From assembly GCA_045628165.1 (NCBI GenBank), contig JAZQPB010000156.1, positions 17,367-81,366 of the forward strand: a DNA stretch of 64,000 bases, written 5' to 3'. The notes beneath the pieces were generated by a model that searched no databases, was not told where the DNA came from, and was given only the letters and a program-made list of their open reading frames with translations. Source of the DNA: Bacteroidales bacterium (GTDB lineage Bacteria; Bacteroidota; Bacteroidia; Bacteroidales; UBA3824). The translations under genes were made by a program, and so were the position numbers. This document shows positions 63,952-64,000 of the stretch, in pieces; positions within the stretch are counted from its first letter, which is position 1; every line of letters begins with the position of its first letter.

Positions 63952-64000
63952 TATTTACTTGGTAATTTTATTAGCCATTTTTGCGGATCCAAAGTCTCTG
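63951..64000 (-). CDS. 3' end of an upstream ORF (partial), stop overlapping the next start (TAATG)
   Basis: Open minus-strand frame ...ETLDPQKWLIKLPSK* ending at 63951-63953. Only 16 codons are visible. Confidence 0.3.
   Translation of the reverse strand, partial: ETLDPQKWLIKLPSK

Noticed and set aside
1-64000. rRNA, tRNA, tmRNA, RNase P RNA, prophage or integrase genes
   Set aside because: I found no cloverleaf-like or rRNA-like stretches in the spacers, and no integrase, recombinase, capsid or terminase-like ORFs. A tRNAscan/Infernal run would be needed to be certain.

Overview
This looks like a chromosomal segment of a Bacteroidota (Bacteroidales-like) genome, about 50% GC, with roughly 50 protein genes. 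I saw no rRNA, tRNA or CRISPR. All calls rest on reading the ORF translations and the DNA by eye; no database search was run.

Gene content:
- Housekeeping genes: ruvC, ruvA, recO, uvrC, mnmG, ybeY, rnpA, rdgB, a waaA/kdtA-like Kdo transferase, an LD-carboxypeptidase, an S41 protease and two polyprenyl synthases.
- Type IX secretion (T9SS) parts: a 2509-aa SprA/Sov translocon directly after ruvA, a PorE-like TPR/propeller/OmpA protein, a PorZ-like propeller with a T9SS C-terminal sorting domain (CTD) that runs off the left edge, and a protein with five SprB repeats.
- Other: a 1421-aa double BcrAD/BadFG ATPase fusion (CoA-activase type), an MMPL/RND exporter, a SiaA/SiaC-like phosphatase pair with a distant SiaB-like kinase, and a 1236-aa membrane coiled-coil protein.

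Things worth a second look:
1. A 12-14 nt word, GCCAT[C/T]AGCTGA(AA), with palindromic core TCAGCTGA, occurs about once per kb in genes and spacers.
2. That word is completely absent from a 12.6-kb block (15.2-27.8 kb), and motif pairs mark both edges of the block.
3. Inside that block is a 4-kb AT-rich island. It is flanked by two copies of a ~46-nt hairpin and carries two divergent Rpn-type PD-(D/E)XK nuclease genes, a ~136-nt structured-RNA candidate and two orphan ORFs. A MoxR(AAA_5)/VWA pair sits next to it.
4. Three tandem paralogues of a double-zinc-ribbon membrane protein lie directly downstream of sprA; one is inactivated by an internal deletion.

Many long ORFs in the track are antisense shadows of real genes and were rejected.
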